Shown: positions 30,409-40,837, counted from the first letter of the stretch. The stretch is 64,000 nt of DNA from an uncultured Flavobacteriales bacterium (GCA_905182585.1 CAJJCC010000017.1:1873-65872), one strand, 5' to 3'. The notes: generated by a model not told the origin, from the letters alone. A program made the numbers and translations.

Positions 30409-30966
30409 TTAATATTCTTTTGAGTATTTATTGTCGCTGAATTCTTTTTCAAGGTCAGCTAGTTGTCTACTAATGCTAGCATCAACTTGTTTGTCTCCAA
30501 TTGTTAAAATAAACCCACCTATTAGATCTTTATCTTTTTCTTCAAGAATTAGAGAATCTTTTTGGTAAGCAACTTCAATTAAGGATGCAACTTTATCTTT
30601 AAACGAATCATTAACTCCATCAACTGATTTAATAACAACTCTTAAGATATTTTTGTGTTCTAAGTATTGATCTTCAAATGCTGCGGTAACTTGATCTAAT
30701 AAAGACTCTCTTCCTTTGTCGGTTAGTAGTGCAATAAACTTCTTTGTTAGATCAGAAACATGAGTTCCAAAGATTGCGTTTAAAACCGATAATTTCTTAT
30801 CTGTATTTACAACTGGACTATCTAAAAGGTTTACAAGTTCTCTTGAATCAACACAAGTCACATGAATTAATTCCATGTCAGCTTTAATTGCTTCAAGCTT
30901 TCCTTGTTCTAAAGAAATCTCAATTAATGATTTCGCGTAACGTACAGCAGCTCTTCCGTATGACAT
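30409..30966 (-). CDS. atpH: F0F1 ATP synthase subunit delta (OSCP)
   Basis: 185 aa, positioned between atpF and atpA, with an OSCP-like N-terminus AAVRYAKSL. Confidence 0.85.
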   Translation of the reverse strand: MSYGRAAVRYAKSLIEISLEQGKLEAIKADMELIHVTCVDSRELVNLLDSPVVNTDKKLSVLNAIFGTHVSDLTKKFIALLTDKGRESLLDQVTAAFEDQYLEHKNILRVVIKSVDGVNDSFKDKVASLIEVAYQKDSLILEEKDKDLIGGFILTIGDKQVDASISRQLADLEKEFSDNKYSKEY

Positions 30967-30967
30967 C

Positions 30968-31462
30968 CTAGTTTAAATTTACGTCTTCAACTAAATGGTT
31001 TACTAAAGATTCTTGCTTCGCTTTATCGTCTAATTCTGACTTCAAGATCTTTTCAGCGATTTCAAGAGATAATTTACCAACTTGGTTTTTCAACTCAACC
31101 ACTGCTTTCATTCTTTCGTTTGCGATTTGCTCGTTTGCAGAAACTAAAATTCTATCTGCATCTTTTTGAGCAGCTTCTTTCGCTTCAGCAACCATAGATT
31201 CTCCTGCTACTTTTGCTTCACGAAGAATAACATTTCTCTCTTCACGAGCCTGCTTTAACAAGTCTTCGTTTTGAGCAGTTAATGCAGTCATTCTTTCTTC
31301 AGCGTCCAAAGCAGAGTCTAAGGCTTTTTGAATATTCCCTTCTCTTGTTTGAACTGCTCCTAAAATTGGTTTCCAAGCGAATTTTCTTAAAAGAACCAAA
31401 AGGATAACAAATACAATAGTTGTCCAAAATAACAACCCTTCACTAGGTATAATTAAATCCAT
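30968..31462 (-). CDS. atpF: F0F1 ATP synthase subunit b
   Basis: 164 aa with a single N-terminal TM segment followed by a long charged helix (AEAKEAAQKDADRIL). Confidence 0.88.
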   Translation of the reverse strand: MDLIIPSEGLLFWTTIVFVILLVLLRKFAWKPILGAVQTREGNIQKALDSALDAEERMTALTAQNEDLLKQAREERNVILREAKVAGESMVAEAKEAAQKDADRILVSANEQIANERMKAVVELKNQVGKLSLEIAEKILKSELDDKAKQESLVNHLVEDVNLN

Positions 31463-31500
31463 CTTTTATATTGATTTCAGTTTTTTACTTTTTAACTTTT

Positions 31501-31538
31501 AAAAAGAGACGGTAGCCAATCGCTACCTATCTCTTTTT
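31501..31538 (-). terminator. Intra-operon terminator-like hairpin between atpE and atpF
   Basis: aaaaagaga-c-ggtagc / gctacc-ta-tctcttttt. The stem has a 1x2 internal loop, an A5 flank and a T5 flank. It lies 24 nt after the atpE stop and 39 nt before the atpF ATG. Confidence 0.45.
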
Positions 31539-31561
31539 GTTTCTTCAGAGTTTCTCTGGGA

Positions 31562-31777
<216 letters not shown>

Positions 31778-31789
31778 TTAATAAACAAA

Positions 31790-32944
31790 TTAATGATGAC
31801 CATGTTCTTCAACGGCAGTACCGATGAATAACGCTGATAGCATCGTAAAAATAAACGCTTGTAAGAATGCTACTAACAATTCCAACACGCTAATAAAAAG
31901 TCCCATTGGAACTGATAATCCAGCCCAACCAATATTTTTTGCTGAGAAAATAATTCCCATAAATGCTAAGACAACAATGTGACCTGCAGTAATGTTTGCA
32001 AACAAACGAATTGTTAATGCGAAAGGTTTTGTTAAAGTCCCAATAATCTCAACAGGAATCATAATTATGTATAACGCCTTAGGAACTGGAGGTAGTAGAA
32101 TATGCTTCCAGTAATCTTTATTCCCAGAGAATTGAGTAACTAAATAAGTAATTACAGCTAATACAGCTGTAAAAGCAATATTTCCAGAAACATTAGATGC
32201 TCCAGGAAAAAAGGGCACTAATCCAAGTAAATTATTTAACCAGATAAAAAAGAAGATTGTTAGCAAATAAGGCATGTAACGAGCGTATTTCTTTTCTCCA
32301 ATATTAGGCCTTGCTATTTCATCTCTTACAAAGACAACAAATATTTCCAAGAAATTTTGACGTCCTTTTGGAGCTGAATGAATACCTTGTTTTTTGTACT
32401 TTTTTGCAGCAGGCAAGAAAAGCAACAATAAAATAACTACTGAAAGCAGCATCGACATTACGTTTTGTGTTAAAGAAAAGTCTAAAGGACGAGAATTTGT
32501 AGGGTGACCTTTTTCATCAAGCTTTAATCCAGATCCTAAGTGATAAATCTTTTCGTGAAACATTACGTACTCTGTTTCGTTTATTTTCCCTTGAGCGTAA
32601 TAAGTTGTATCACCATCTTGTTCAATCCATCTAAGTTCATTAAAGTCGTCAGAATTTGCAGTAACCAAGCCATTATCGATAAGGAGAATAGGAAGTCCAA
32701 TATGTATAGCTGTAGATGATAATACATCAACAGTCCCATCAGCATTAACCTGAGTTTTATTTTCACCCCAGATGTGCCAAGAATGCGCATCCTTTACGTG
32801 ATGCGTAATAAAATCATTTAATTCCTTAGATGAGTTAACTGTCCCTTCAACTATTGTCGCAGAGGCATTACTTGGTATAAGGGATAACAATGCAATTAAT
32901 GCAACTGTTATAATTCTGGATATATTCTTCACGTATAACATCAT
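31790..32944 (-). CDS. atpB: F0F1 ATP synthase subunit a, with a ~170-aa N-terminal extension carrying a signal-like segment
   Basis: 384 aa. The C-terminal 210 aa carry the conserved LTIRLFANITAGH Arg motif. Long N-terminal extensions of subunit a are common in Bacteroidota. Confidence 0.9.
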   Translation of the reverse strand: MMLYVKNISRIITVALIALLSLIPSNASATIVEGTVNSSKELNDFITHHVKDAHSWHIWGENKTQVNADGTVDVLSSTAIHIGLPILLIDNGLVTANSDDFNELRWIEQDGDTTYYAQGKINETEYVMFHEKIYHLGSGLKLDEKGHPTNSRPLDFSLTQNVMSMLLSVVILLLLFLPAAKKYKKQGIHSAPKGRQNFLEIFVVFVRDEIARPNIGEKKYARYMPYLLTIFFFIWLNNLLGLVPFFPGASNVSGNIAFTAVLAVITYLVTQFSGNKDYWKHILLPPVPKALYIIMIPVEIIGTLTKPFALTIRLFANITAGHIVVLAFMGIIFSAKNIGWAGLSVPMGLFISVLELLVAFLQAFIFTMLSALFIGTAVEEHGHH

Positions 32945-32966
32945 TTCTGATCGCTAAAATTTCGTG

Positions 32967-32995
32967 CAAAGATAGAGGTAAATTTGGTTTTTCAA
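32967..32995 (-). promoter_or_regulatory. Candidate Bacteroidota sigma-A promoter of the atp operon (TTG-N18-TATCTTTG)
   Basis: On the minus strand, TTG lies at 32995-32993 and TATCTTTG at 32974-32967, separated by 18 nt. The -7 box ends 22 nt before the atpB ATG. Confidence 0.35.
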
Positions 32996-33171
32996 AGCTT
33001 TTTTTAGGATTGTTATTGAATAAATTTTGACATTACCATATTATCTATGAATCGTTGAGCGTATCAGGTCAATTTCATAACTGTGTAAAACCTGTAAAAA
33101 GAACATATTTTTTTTATACATTGTAACAGATCTAACAAAACGTTTGCTGTTTATTAAAAATATTTAAGACT

Positions 33172-34047
33172 GTGAATGTATTAGAAACTTACTTTTCACC
33201 TACATTGGATTATTTTAATTGGCTTATCGGGCAGGTAACAATTGAGTCAGGATCACTATATGGTAACTACTTTTGGTTTCTAGCTATTATCTCCATTATT
33301 TTTTTCACACTAGAAATTTTGCTTCCATGGAGAAAGAAACAACCTATTTTCAGAAAAGATTTTTGGCTAGATTTTTTTTACATGTATTTTAATTTCTTTC
33401 TGTTCTACCTTGTTCTATTTGCGGGATTGGGAGAGTTTTCTTCAATTTCTTTCTCAAGAACGGCTCACTTCTTACACATTGATAAACTTGTTATATCTGT
33501 TGAGAAATGGCCCGTATGGATACAGTTCGGATTGATGCTAACAATCCAAGACTTTACGCACTGGAACATTCACAGATTACTTCATAAAACACCTTTTTTA
33601 TGGCGTTTCCATAAAGTTCATCACTCAGTAAAGCAAATGGGCTTTGCTGCACACTTAAGGTTTCATTGGATGGAGTCAATCATCTATAAATCAATTACTT
33701 TTATACCTCTCTTTTTTATGGGCTTTGGAATCGAAGACTTTTTTTATTTACACTTATTCACAATCACTTGGGGCCATTTTAATCATGCAAACATCAATAT
33801 ACCACTTGGACCTTTAAAGTATGTGTTCAATTCTCCTCAAATGCATATTTGGCATCATGTAAAAACACTACCTAAAACTCACCAAGATGGTGTTAATTTT
33901 GGTTTAACGCTATCTGTTTGGGATTATATCTTCAACACTAAGTTCATCCCCTCTGACGGTGAAAAAATAGAGTTGGGATTTAATAAAGATGAACTTTATC
34001 CAAAGGGTTTCGTTGGACAAATAGTTGGTGCTTTCAAAAGGCAATAG
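33172..34047 (+). CDS. Sterol desaturase / fatty-acid hydroxylase superfamily membrane protein
   Basis: 291 aa with a GTG start. Three His boxes are present (HWNIHRLLH, HKVHH, HIWHH) among TM segments. Confidence 0.75.
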   Translation: MNVLETYFSPTLDYFNWLIGQVTIESGSLYGNYFWFLAIISIIFFTLEILLPWRKKQPIFRKDFWLDFFYMYFNFFLFYLVLFAGLGEFSSISFSRTAHFLHIDKLVISVEKWPVWIQFGLMLTIQDFTHWNIHRLLHKTPFLWRFHKVHHSVKQMGFAAHLRFHWMESIIYKSITFIPLFFMGFGIEDFFYLHLFTITWGHFNHANINIPLGPLKYVFNSPQMHIWHHVKTLPKTHQDGVNFGLTLSVWDYIFNTKFIPSDGEKIELGFNKDELYPKGFVGQIVGAFKRQ

Positions 34048-34507
34048 CACAATATGTTTATTAAAAATAATCTACCGAAATAAACACAACTGCCTGACTT
34101 ATATTTAGTTAAAAAAATAACCTATCCTTAAATTGTTCCTCTATCCTTTTTAATCCCCATTATTTAGCGCATCCGATAGGATGTAATTGTTTTTCCACGT
34201 AAATAAAAAAATTAAGTAGAAATCACATTTTGTATTTTTTTAATAAAAATTACAAAGAGAAATATAATGAGATTTAACAACCATTCTCCGAAAAATCAAA
34301 TACTATATTAATTTGTCAAATTAATTGAATTAAAACAAGTCCTAGAATCCTCCAGTTCGTTTCAAACTTTAAAAAAAACGGGTAAAACTGACTAAGGCAA
34401 AAAGTTCATTCAAAGAACTTCCAAAAAGAAGTCGAAGTAAGATTAGTATTAAATCAAAAACAGAAGAGCTAAAGTTATTTTTAAACAAATTTTATTCTAG
34501 CAAGGCT

Positions 34508-35101
34508 TTAATCTATGCTATCCAAAACATCAATAAGTGATTTGTAAGTATTCATTTTCAAGCTTTCTATGTTGTCTTTGTTAACCCATTCAACTCTTTC
34601 TATGCCTTCTTCAACCTGAGGTATTAGCTCACCCATGTAATGGGTGTTCATTTCATACCAATATGTACGTTTTAATGCCCATTTTCCTTTTCTTGTAGTA
34701 TAACAATGAAATGTACTAGCCACTTCTTTAATTATTTCCAAACCATTAACATTACACTCTTCCTCTACTTCTCTTATCGCACATGTTGGAATATCTTCAC
34801 CTTTTTCGAGTTTCCCTTTTGGTAAGTCCCACTTACCGAGACGATAGATCACCAATAATTCTTTACGATCGTTAAAAACGGTACCGCCTGCAGCAATGAT
34901 AAATTTAAAATGTGCCTTAAAAAGCTTCCATTCTTTTTTTGGATCCTCACAAATAACCTCAACTCCCTCTATTTCATTATGTTCCAAAAGAGATATAAGA
35001 TCAGTAACATTACCTACTGAATTTAACTGTTCATAACTTCCATTCTTTTTTGATCTTTTGTCAATTAAAACTGGTTTGTCGTAAATAAAAACTTTATACA
35101 T
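34508..35101 (-). CDS. NUDIX hydrolase
   Basis: Nudix box GKLEKGEDIPTCAIREVEEECNV. The track start at 35197 would overlap pyrE by 89 nt. ATG 35101 (MYKVFIYDKPVLI) is the plausible start. Confidence 0.75.
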   Translation of the reverse strand: MYKVFIYDKPVLIDKRSKKNGSYEQLNSVGNVTDLISLLEHNEIEGVEVICEDPKKEWKLFKAHFKFIIAAGGTVFNDRKELLVIYRLGKWDLPKGKLEKGEDIPTCAIREVEEECNVNGLEIIKEVASTFHCYTTRKGKWALKRTYWYEMNTHYMGELIPQVEEGIERVEWVNKDNIESLKMNTYKSLIDVLDSID

Positions 35102-35108
35102 TTGCACT

Positions 35109-35756
35109 ATGATTTTGAATCTGGATACTGCCGCAAAAGTAGCAGAATATTTACTACAAGCAAAGGCGATTAAATTACAACCAAAAACTCCATTCACTTG
35201 GGCTTCTGGGTGGAAATCCCCTATTTACTGTGATAACCGTATTACGTTGTCATTTCCTCCAATTAGAACTTACATCCGCCAAGAATTAGCAAAAGCTATT
35301 GTTGAAAAATACGGAATGCCAGATGTAATTGTAGGCGTTGCAACTGGAGCTGTAGCTCAAGGAGCATTAGTTGCTGAAGAATTAGGAGTTCCATTCGCAT
35401 ACGTTCGATCTGAAGCAAAAGCACATGGCTTAGGTAACCTAATCGAAGGTAAAGTCGAGTCAGGACAAAGAGTTGTTGTTATTGAAGATTTAATTTCAAC
35501 TGGAGGAAGTAGCTTAAAAGCAGTTGCTGCATTAAAAGAAACAGGAGCTACTGTTTTAGGGATGGCTGCTATCTTTACTTATAACTTCCAACTGTCTTAC
35601 AACAACTTTAAAGACGCTAATTGCGAACTAATCACATTATCTGATTATGATGCCTTAGTTAAACAAGCTGTTTCTTCAGGATACATCACAGAAAATGATG
35701 TAGAATTGATTAAAACCTGGAGATTTGATCCAGCAAGTTGGACACCATCTTTATAA
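35109..35756 (+). CDS. pyrE: Orotate phosphoribosyltransferase
   Basis: 215 aa with the PRPP-binding motif RVVVIEDLISTGGS. Confidence 0.92.
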   Translation: MILNLDTAAKVAEYLLQAKAIKLQPKTPFTWASGWKSPIYCDNRITLSFPPIRTYIRQELAKAIVEKYGMPDVIVGVATGAVAQGALVAEELGVPFAYVRSEAKAHGLGNLIEGKVESGQRVVVIEDLISTGGSSLKAVAALKETGATVLGMAAIFTYNFQLSYNNFKDANCELITLSDYDALVKQAVSSGYITENDVELIKTWRFDPASWTPSL

Positions 35757-36154
35757 TGATCTATATTTCAACAGAAAAAATAATTTTAAAAAGCTCTTCT
35801 AAAGAGCTTTTTAACTTTCTAAGCGATCCGAATAAAATGGCTGAAATAATTTCTTACAAGAAAACTCGTCATTTAAAAGTAGAAGGTGACTTAATCACCT
35901 TTATTATTAAATGGGCCGCTCGTTTTAATTTTGTTATCTCGAAAATCACAGAAGATTATCTATTAATTGAGTCTACAAAAGATGTTGAGTTTTCTACAGC
36001 TATAAGATTTGATGTTAGTGATGAAAATGAAGGTAGCTCTATAATTCTGCATGCTGAAACGGATACATCTCCAGTTGTTGATTTTACACTTGAAAAAAAA
36101 ATGAATACCTGGATAAAAGCAATTTCTAGTAATCTTGAAACAAAGTTCAATTAG
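35756..36154 (+). CDS. Small conserved protein, possibly SRPBCC-fold
   Basis: ATG 35756 overlaps the pyrE TAA by 1 nt (TAATG). The 132-aa product reads MIYISTEKIILKSSSKELFNFLSDPNKMAEII.., which resembles the N-terminus of START/SRPBCC-like proteins. The fold assignment is tentative. Confidence 0.4.
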   Translation: MIYISTEKIILKSSSKELFNFLSDPNKMAEIISYKKTRHLKVEGDLITFIIKWAARFNFVISKITEDYLLIESTKDVEFSTAIRFDVSDENEGSSIILHAETDTSPVVDFTLEKKMNTWIKAISSNLETKFN

Positions 36155-36156
36155 AC

Positions 36157-36900
36157 CTACTTCAAAAAAGTAATCTCCTTTATACCAAATACCTCTATCT
36201 CTCCAGAGTGATTAAATAACTGAAGACGACCTTCTTTACTTACAGATTGAAGGATAAATTCCTTTATTCCTGTTTCCACTTCGTACAAGTGCTTATCTCC
36301 TTTTAAATAAAGATCTTGGTGATAAAGGAAATTTAATGTTTCGAAACCTTTTAACTTATACAATGAATAAAATTGTTGAATATGGAAATTCAGTTTTTCA
36401 ACAACAGCTTCAATTTCGACCTTTTTATCAATTAATTTACGTACTGAAGTTGCCGATCTAGAGAAATTACTGAATTTTAATTGATTCAAATTTAAACCAA
36501 TCCCGATAAAACTAGCAACAACTTTACTCGCTAATATTTTATTATCGACTAAAATTCCTGCAATTTTAGCGCCATTAACAACAATATCATTTGGCCATTT
36601 AATACTTACCTCTAATTGCGTTAATTCAGTTATTGTCTCTTTTACAGCAAGGCTCGCAATAATATTCAAAATAAACACTTCTCTCGGATTAATATTAGGA
36701 GTCAATAAATAGGTTCCTAAAAAGTTAGCTCCTAAAGCGCTTTCCCAGCCTTTACCTCTTTGACCTTGTCCTGACGATTGAAAATTAGTAGTCAAAAGTG
36801 TTCCTTCTACAATTTCTTCAGTCGAGAAAAGCCTTTTTAGTTCCGAATTTGTGGAATCAATTTCAGAATAATGAATCCTATTTTTACCAATGTAAATCAT
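36157..36900 (-). CDS. birA: Biotin--[acetyl-CoA-carboxylase] ligase (group I, no HTH domain)
   Basis: Contains the biotin-binding motif GQGQRGKGWES and ..KWPNDI... The track start at 36924 is GTG. ATG 36900 (MIYIGKNRIHYSEIDSTN) is preferred. Confidence 0.8.
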   Translation of the reverse strand: MIYIGKNRIHYSEIDSTNSELKRLFSTEEIVEGTLLTTNFQSSGQGQRGKGWESALGANFLGTYLLTPNINPREVFILNIIASLAVKETITELTQLEVSIKWPNDIVVNGAKIAGILVDNKILASKVVASFIGIGLNLNQLKFSNFSRSATSVRKLIDKKVEIEAVVEKLNFHIQQFYSLYKLKGFETLNFLYHQDLYLKGDKHLYEVETGIKEFILQSVSKEGRLQLFNHSGEIEVFGIKEITFLK

Positions 36901-37026
36901 GCGCTTATAAAGGTAATCTTCCACGCCTCATCTAAATATCCCATTTTGTAATGTTTTTCACATTTTAAGTGGTAGAATTTAGTTACTTTTGTGCCAATAT
37001 TATTTTGCAGAAAAGACAATAAAAAC

Positions 37027-37389
37027 GTGAATACATCAACAGAAAAGTTACTTGAAGTTATATTAGAAGGATTAAAAAACAATAAGGCTAGAGATATCCA
37101 TATTTTGAATCTAGAAAATTTAGAAAATGCTATCTGTAAATATATGATTGTTTGCCATGGTACTTCTCGAACTCATGTTTCCGCTACAGCTGGATCTGTA
37201 GAGAAAGAAGCAAAAGAGGTACTAGGAGAATACGCTTGGAAAAAAGAAGGATATACCAATGGAGAATGGGTCTTAGTTGATTTCTCATCTGTTGTTGTAC
37301 ATGTATTTCAAAGAGAAGCAAGAGATTTTTATAACATAGAAGGGTTGTGGGCAGATGCCGAAACAACTGTAATAGAAGACGACTATTAA
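37027..37389 (+). CDS. rsfS: Ribosome silencing factor RsfS
   Basis: GTG 37027 gives (M)NTSTEKLLEVILEGLKNNKARDIHILNL..ICKYMIVCHGTSRTHV, the iojap/RsfS pattern. It lies immediately upstream of ftsH. Confidence 0.82.
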   Translation: MNTSTEKLLEVILEGLKNNKARDIHILNLENLENAICKYMIVCHGTSRTHVSATAGSVEKEAKEVLGEYAWKKEGYTNGEWVLVDFSSVVVHVFQREARDFYNIEGLWADAETTVIEDDY

Positions 37390-37391
37390 TT

Positions 37392-39458
37392 ATGAGCGAT
37401 AAAAAACCAACGGGTAAAGGCCCAAAATCGACAAAAATAATCCCAATCTGGTGGATTTATGTTGTGATCGGGGGATTATTATTAAGTTTTCAATTTTTTG
37501 AAATGTTTAATAGCCCATCTAAAATTAGCTCAGACGAAGGATATGAGTATGTTGAGAATGGTGACATAAGAAAAGTGGTAATTATAAAAGAAGGTGACTA
37601 TGCTTATTGTGAAGCTTTCATTTTTGATTCTTTAATGTCTAAAACTCCGCACAATCAAAAGCTAAAGAATGGTGGGTATTATCAGTTTGACATTTTAGAT
37701 ACTGGTGATTCGAAAGAGCAAATGAAAGAACTTGCCAAAAACCGACCAGACAACGGGGACAATTTCACCATCATTGAAAAAAACAAACAGCCGTCTATGT
37801 GGGACGGAATTCTTAGCTACATTTTATTCTTTGGATTAATCATCGGGATTTGGATGTTTATGATGAAAAGAATGGGTGGCGGAAGCGGTGGACCTGGTGG
37901 TCAGATTTTCAATATTGGAAAATCTAAGGCTAAACTTTTCGAAAAGGATACGAACGTAGATGTAAGCTTCAAAGATGTTGCTGGATTAGAAGAGGCAAAA
38001 GAAGAAGTTATGGAAATCGTAGATTTCCTCAAAAACCCTAAAAAGTATACTGTACTAGGCGCTAAAATACCAAAAGGAGCTTTATTAGTGGGTCCTCCAG
38101 GAACAGGTAAAACATTAATAGCTAAAGCTGTTGCTGGAGAAGCTAAAGTTCCTTTCTTCTCATTATCAGGATCTGATTTTGTAGAAATGTTTGTTGGAGT
38201 TGGAGCTTCTAGAGTTCGTGACTTGTTTAAACAAGCAAAAGAAAAAGCACCCTGCATCATCTTTATTGATGAGATTGATGCGATTGGTAGAGCAAGAGGT
38301 AAAAATCCAGCTCAACAATCAAACGACGAAAGAGAAAACACGCTTAACCAAATGCTTACTGAAATGGATGGGTTTGGTTCAAATAGCGGGGTTATCGTTT
38401 TAGCAGCAACTAACCGTGCTGACATTTTAGACAAGGCATTATTAAGACCAGGTCGTTTCGATAGACAGATTTATGTTGATATGCCAGATTTGAATGAGCG
38501 TAAAGCAATTTTCGCTGTTCATTTAAAGCCCATCAAGACTGACGACACTGTTAAAGCCGATTTCTTAGCAGGTCAAACTCCTGGTTTCTCTGGAGCTGAC
38601 ATAGCAAACATTTGTAATGAAGCAGCATTATTTGCCGCTAGAACTGATAAAAGTTCTGTATCGAAAGATGATTTCTTAGCTGCAATAGATAGAGTTATTG
38701 GAGGTTTAGAGAAAAAGAATAAAATCATAAAGCCAAACGAAAAGAAAACCATTGCTTTTCACGAAGCTGGTCATGCTACAGTTGGATGGATGATGGAGCA
38801 TGCCGCTCCACTTATTAAGGTTACGATTGTTCCAAGAGGAAAATCTTTAGGTGCTGCATGGTATTTACCTGAAGAACGTCAAATCACAACGAAGGATCAA
38901 ATGTTCCATGAAATGTGTGCAACACTTGGAGGAAGAGCTGCAGAGGAAATCATCTTTGGAGAGATTTCTACAGGGGCTTTAAGTGACTTAGAAAAAGTTA
39001 CTAAGCAAGCTCAATCTATTGTAACGATATATGGATTAAATGATAAGATTGGTAATATCTCTTATTATGATTCTTCTGGTCAAAGTGAATACTCGTTCGG
39101 TAAACCTTATAGTGAGGCTACTGCTCAGATAATAGATCAAGAGATTAGTAAAATCATTGAAGAAGCATATATCAAAGCGAAAGAAGTTCTTTCCGAAAAC
39201 AAAGAAAAGTTAACCTTACTTGCTGAAGCATTATTAGAAAAAGAAGTTATTTTCAAAGAAGATCTTGAAAGGATTTTTGGTAGAAGACCTGGTTCTGCAG
39301 AAGTAGAGGAAGCAGAAACTGTCACTCCTGAAAGCGAAGCTTCTAGTGAGACTGAACAAGAAGCTCCTGCAGAAACTGTAGCTGAGGAGTCGGAAACAGA
39401 GGATAAAACATCTAGCGAAACTAACACAGAAGATGAATCAAAAAATAGCATAGTTTAA
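37392..39458 (+). CDS. ftsH: ATP-dependent zinc metalloprotease FtsH (with an acidic Ser/Thr/Glu-rich C-terminal tail)
   Basis: ATG 37392 ([11 protein letters not shown]). Walker A GPPGTGKT, the SRH, and zinc motif HEAGHA are present. The last ~55 aa are low-complexity and acidic. Confidence 0.93.
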   Translation: MSDKKPTGKGPKSTKIIPIWWIYVVIGGLLLSFQFFEMFNSPSKISSDEGYEYVENGDIRKVVIIKEGDYAYCEAFIFDSLMSKTPHNQKLKNGGYYQFDILDTGDSKEQMKELAKNRPDNGDNFTIIEKNKQPSMWDGILSYILFFGLIIGIWMFMMKRMGGGSGGPGGQIFNIGKSKAKLFEKDTNVDVSFKDVAGLEEAKEEVMEIVDFLKNPKKYTVLGAKIPKGALLVGPPGTGKTLIAKAVAGEAKVPFFSLSGSDFVEMFVGVGASRVRDLFKQAKEKAPCIIFIDEIDAIGRARGKNPAQQSNDERENTLNQMLTEMDGFGSNSGVIVLAATNRADILDKALLRPGRFDRQIYVDMPDLNERKAIFAVHLKPIKTDDTVKADFLAGQTPGFSGADIANICNEAALFAARTDKSSVSKDDFLAAIDRVIGGLEKKNKIIKPNEKKTIAFHEAGHATVGWMMEHAAPLIKVTIVPRGKSLGAAWYLPEERQITTKDQMFHEMCATLGGRAAEEIIFGEISTGALSDLEKVTKQAQSIVTIYGLNDKIGNISYYDSSGQSEYSFGKPYSEATAQIIDQEISKIIEEAYIKAKEVLSENKEKLTLLAEALLEKEVIFKEDLERIFGRRPGSAEVEEAETVTPESEASSETEQEAPAETVAEESETEDKTSSETNTEDESKNSIV

Positions 39459-39460
39459 TT

Positions 39461-40312
39461 ATGTTGACAAGAGCATTAACGGGTACGGTATTTGTCGCTG
39501 TATTAATTTTCAGCTCATATCTGAGCCCGTTTTCTTTATTTGGACTTTACTTTATTTTTGTGCTAATTGGAACTTGGGAATATCTGAGCATCCTGTCTAA
39601 AAATTCAGATTTCCAACCTAATATAACTCTTGGCTTAATACTAAGTGCTTTTACATTCCTAGCACTTACTTCCAAAAGTGTTCTAGGCTTAGACCCAGAT
39701 ACTTTTATTGGGGCATTGATATTTTCAGTTTTTGCAACTCCATTAATTGAGTTATACAATAACAAACCAAATCCGTTTTCAAATATTGCTCAAACAATAT
39801 TCCCTTTAATTTATGTTGCATTACCTTTTGGACTGTTAATACTGTCTAACTCAATGTTTCCAAATAATACATCTGAAAACTTCTCAAGTGAATTAATTTT
39901 AGGTTTCTACTTTATATTGTGGAGTAACGACACCGGTGCTTATCTATCAGGAAAGGCTTTTGGAAAACATAAGTTATTCGAAAGAATATCCCCCAACAAA
40001 ACGTGGGAAGGAAGTGTCGGAGGAGCCGTCTTAGCTATTGGAATCGCAATTGTATGCGCAATGTTCTTTACGACTCTACCTTTATGGAAATGGGCTTCTA
40101 TCGGCTTAATTATATCTGTTTTCGGATCTATGGGAGATTTAGCAGAAAGCTTATTTAAAAGAAGTATGAATGTTAAAGATTCGGGTAAAATAATGCCTGG
40201 TCACGGAGGTATTCTAGATCGATTTGATGGATTATTAATCGCATCACCATTCGTATTCGCCTTTTTACTTTTTGTCAAGTACTATGAGGAATTATTACCA
40301 AGGATTCTCTAA
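39461..40312 (+). CDS. cdsA: Phosphatidate cytidylyltransferase
   Basis: 283 aa, polytopic, with the CDS signature SMGDLAESLFKRSMNVKDSGKIMPGHGGILDRFD. Confidence 0.88.
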   Translation: MLTRALTGTVFVAVLIFSSYLSPFSLFGLYFIFVLIGTWEYLSILSKNSDFQPNITLGLILSAFTFLALTSKSVLGLDPDTFIGALIFSVFATPLIELYNNKPNPFSNIAQTIFPLIYVALPFGLLILSNSMFPNNTSENFSSELILGFYFILWSNDTGAYLSGKAFGKHKLFERISPNKTWEGSVGGAVLAIGIAIVCAMFFTTLPLWKWASIGLIISVFGSMGDLAESLFKRSMNVKDSGKIMPGHGGILDRFDGLLIASPFVFAFLLFVKYYEELLPRIL

Positions 40313-40684
40313 ATCTTTTGCTTCATAAACCTTATCCCTTGTAACGAAAGTACTTTTTGCTTTTGTTAATCGAAACTTGTCTTTATTAAAGAGTCCTACG
40401 ATAAATGAATAGGGAGTAATAAAAAGGTAATAGAGTAAAGAGAGTATAATTTTAGAGGAAACAAAACCCATTATTTCAGAGAGCTTAAACCAAAATTTTG
40501 TAATTAAAACACCAATTGGTTTAATACTTAATCCTAATATCAACGTTGGAGCAATAATATAAAGTGGCCAATAAACTATTTCATCAGCACTCCAACTTTG
40601 CCAAGCTCCTATCAGAAGGAACCCCGCTGAGATCGTTAATACCGTCTCAATTCTTTTTTTCTGAAAATCAATATCTAGCTTCAT
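40295..40684 (-). CDS. SxtJ-like small membrane protein
   Basis: ATG 40684 shares one nt with the TAA of the upstream small ORF (TAATG). The 129-aa product starts MKLDIDFQKKRIETVLTISAGFLLIG, has 3-4 TM segments, and has a tail ..LFNKDKFRLTKAKSTFVTRDKVYEAKDLENPW that matches my recollection of SxtJ-family proteins. The track start at 40783 adds 33 implausible residues and overlaps the upstream ORF. Confidence 0.6.
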   Translation of the reverse strand: MKLDIDFQKKRIETVLTISAGFLLIGAWQSWSADEIVYWPLYIIAPTLILGLSIKPIGVLITKFWFKLSEIMGFVSSKIILSLLYYLFITPYSFIVGLFNKDKFRLTKAKSTFVTRDKVYEAKDLENPW

Positions 40685-40833
40685 TAAAACAACGTATAAA
40701 CAAACGCACCAGCTGATGAAGTACTTGCGAATGCAATTGCAAAGCCAAGTAATAAAAAAACAATAATTACTGGAGCGAGCCAAAACTTCTTACGCTCTTT
40801 CATAAACATCCAAAAATCTTTTACTGCACTCAT
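40684..40833 (-). CDS. DUF5989 / SxtK-like 49-aa membrane peptide (absent from the supplied track)
   Basis: Hand translation gives MSAVKDFWMFMKERKKFWLAPVIIVFLLLGFAIAFASTSSAGAFVYTLF*. The ATG lies 4 nt after the carbamoyltransferase TAG. The pattern (W.F.KERKKFWL.P.I, one TM segment, ..F.YTLF end) matches DUF5989 as I remember it. Confidence 0.6.
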   Translation of the reverse strand: MSAVKDFWMFMKERKKFWLAPVIIVFLLLGFAIAFASTSSAGAFVYTLF

Positions 40834-40837
40834 ATGT

